A DNA stretch of 64,000 nucleotides from Macrostomum lignano (lineage: Eukaryota), in contig NIVC01000516.1 in the NCBI GenBank assembly GCA_002269645.1, positions 124,001 through 188,000 of the forward strand, in the 5' to 3' direction. Made by a program: the position numbers and the translations under genes. Below, piece after piece: positions 63,501 to 64,000 of the stretch. The stretch's first letter is position 1. Every line of letters starts with the position of its first letter. The notes under the pieces were generated by a model. That model was not told the origin of the DNA and did not search any database. It was given only the letters and a program-made list of their open reading frames with translations.

Positions 63501-64000
63501 AATTTTCATTTTGTATATGACTTTTCTTGCCTTTTTCTCTTTTATTTTCTTTTTCTTTCTTTCTCCTCTTTCCCCCTTCTCTCATCTCCCTCCTTTCTTT
63601 TCCCTTTCTCTTCCTCTCCTTTCTTTCTTCTCCCAATTTTTTGGTTTTTGCGTTTTCAATTTTGCGACTTACCTTGGCCAGCGGCCATTTTACCTGTCTG
63701 GTTCGGACAGGTCGGATGGGTGTTGGGCATGTATGTTCTTCAATGTTGATTCAACAATGTTCTTAAACAACAAAAACTGCAATATTGAGGATGACATCAG
63801 GGCATATACTTTAGCAACCCTCTTGGAATCTAAGAGTCTAGGCAAGGTGCCAAGGTGCACATGTTAGCCATTATCATTTAGAGAAGCAGTCTTAGTGGGT
63901 AGAGGCAAATTAAGTGCTATTCCTTAGGATTCTTTCTCTTAAATTGCAAAGATATAAATTTTGAGTGCAAGCTTAGTAGGATTGATTTGATTTGATTGAT

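Overview
This is eukaryotic (animal) genomic DNA, not prokaryotic. About 40% of the window (rough hand sum, ~26 kb) is some 35 different micro- and minisatellite arrays. Small GC-rich spliced exons with poly-Ala/Gln/Ser runs and array-filled introns resemble the free-living flatworm Macrostomum; this is an inference from style only. Four protein-coding genes can be reconstructed with frame-consistent splice sites. (1) A 605-aa LRR-Ig-TM receptor on + (2 coding exons, joined by an apparent GC-AG intron). (2-4) A co-directional minus-strand cluster NME6 -> SCOC -> DBNL/Abp1; DBNL has 5 exons, 713 aa, and a 13-fold expanded YxRxxPxAE[IL] motif. Mobile DNA comprises a 5'-truncated RTE-like LINE, a decayed RTEX-like LINE, a 605-bp hAT-type MITE with an exact 8-bp target-site duplication, and a palindromic MITE end. 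Nearly all long ORFs in the supplied track are artefacts of tandem repeats. The main hypothesis is that NME6-SCOC-DBNL is a spliced-leader (SL) trans-spliced operon, with the SL's terminal AUG possibly supplying the NME6 start codon that is missing from the genomic frame. No CRISPR, rRNA or tRNA genes were seen.
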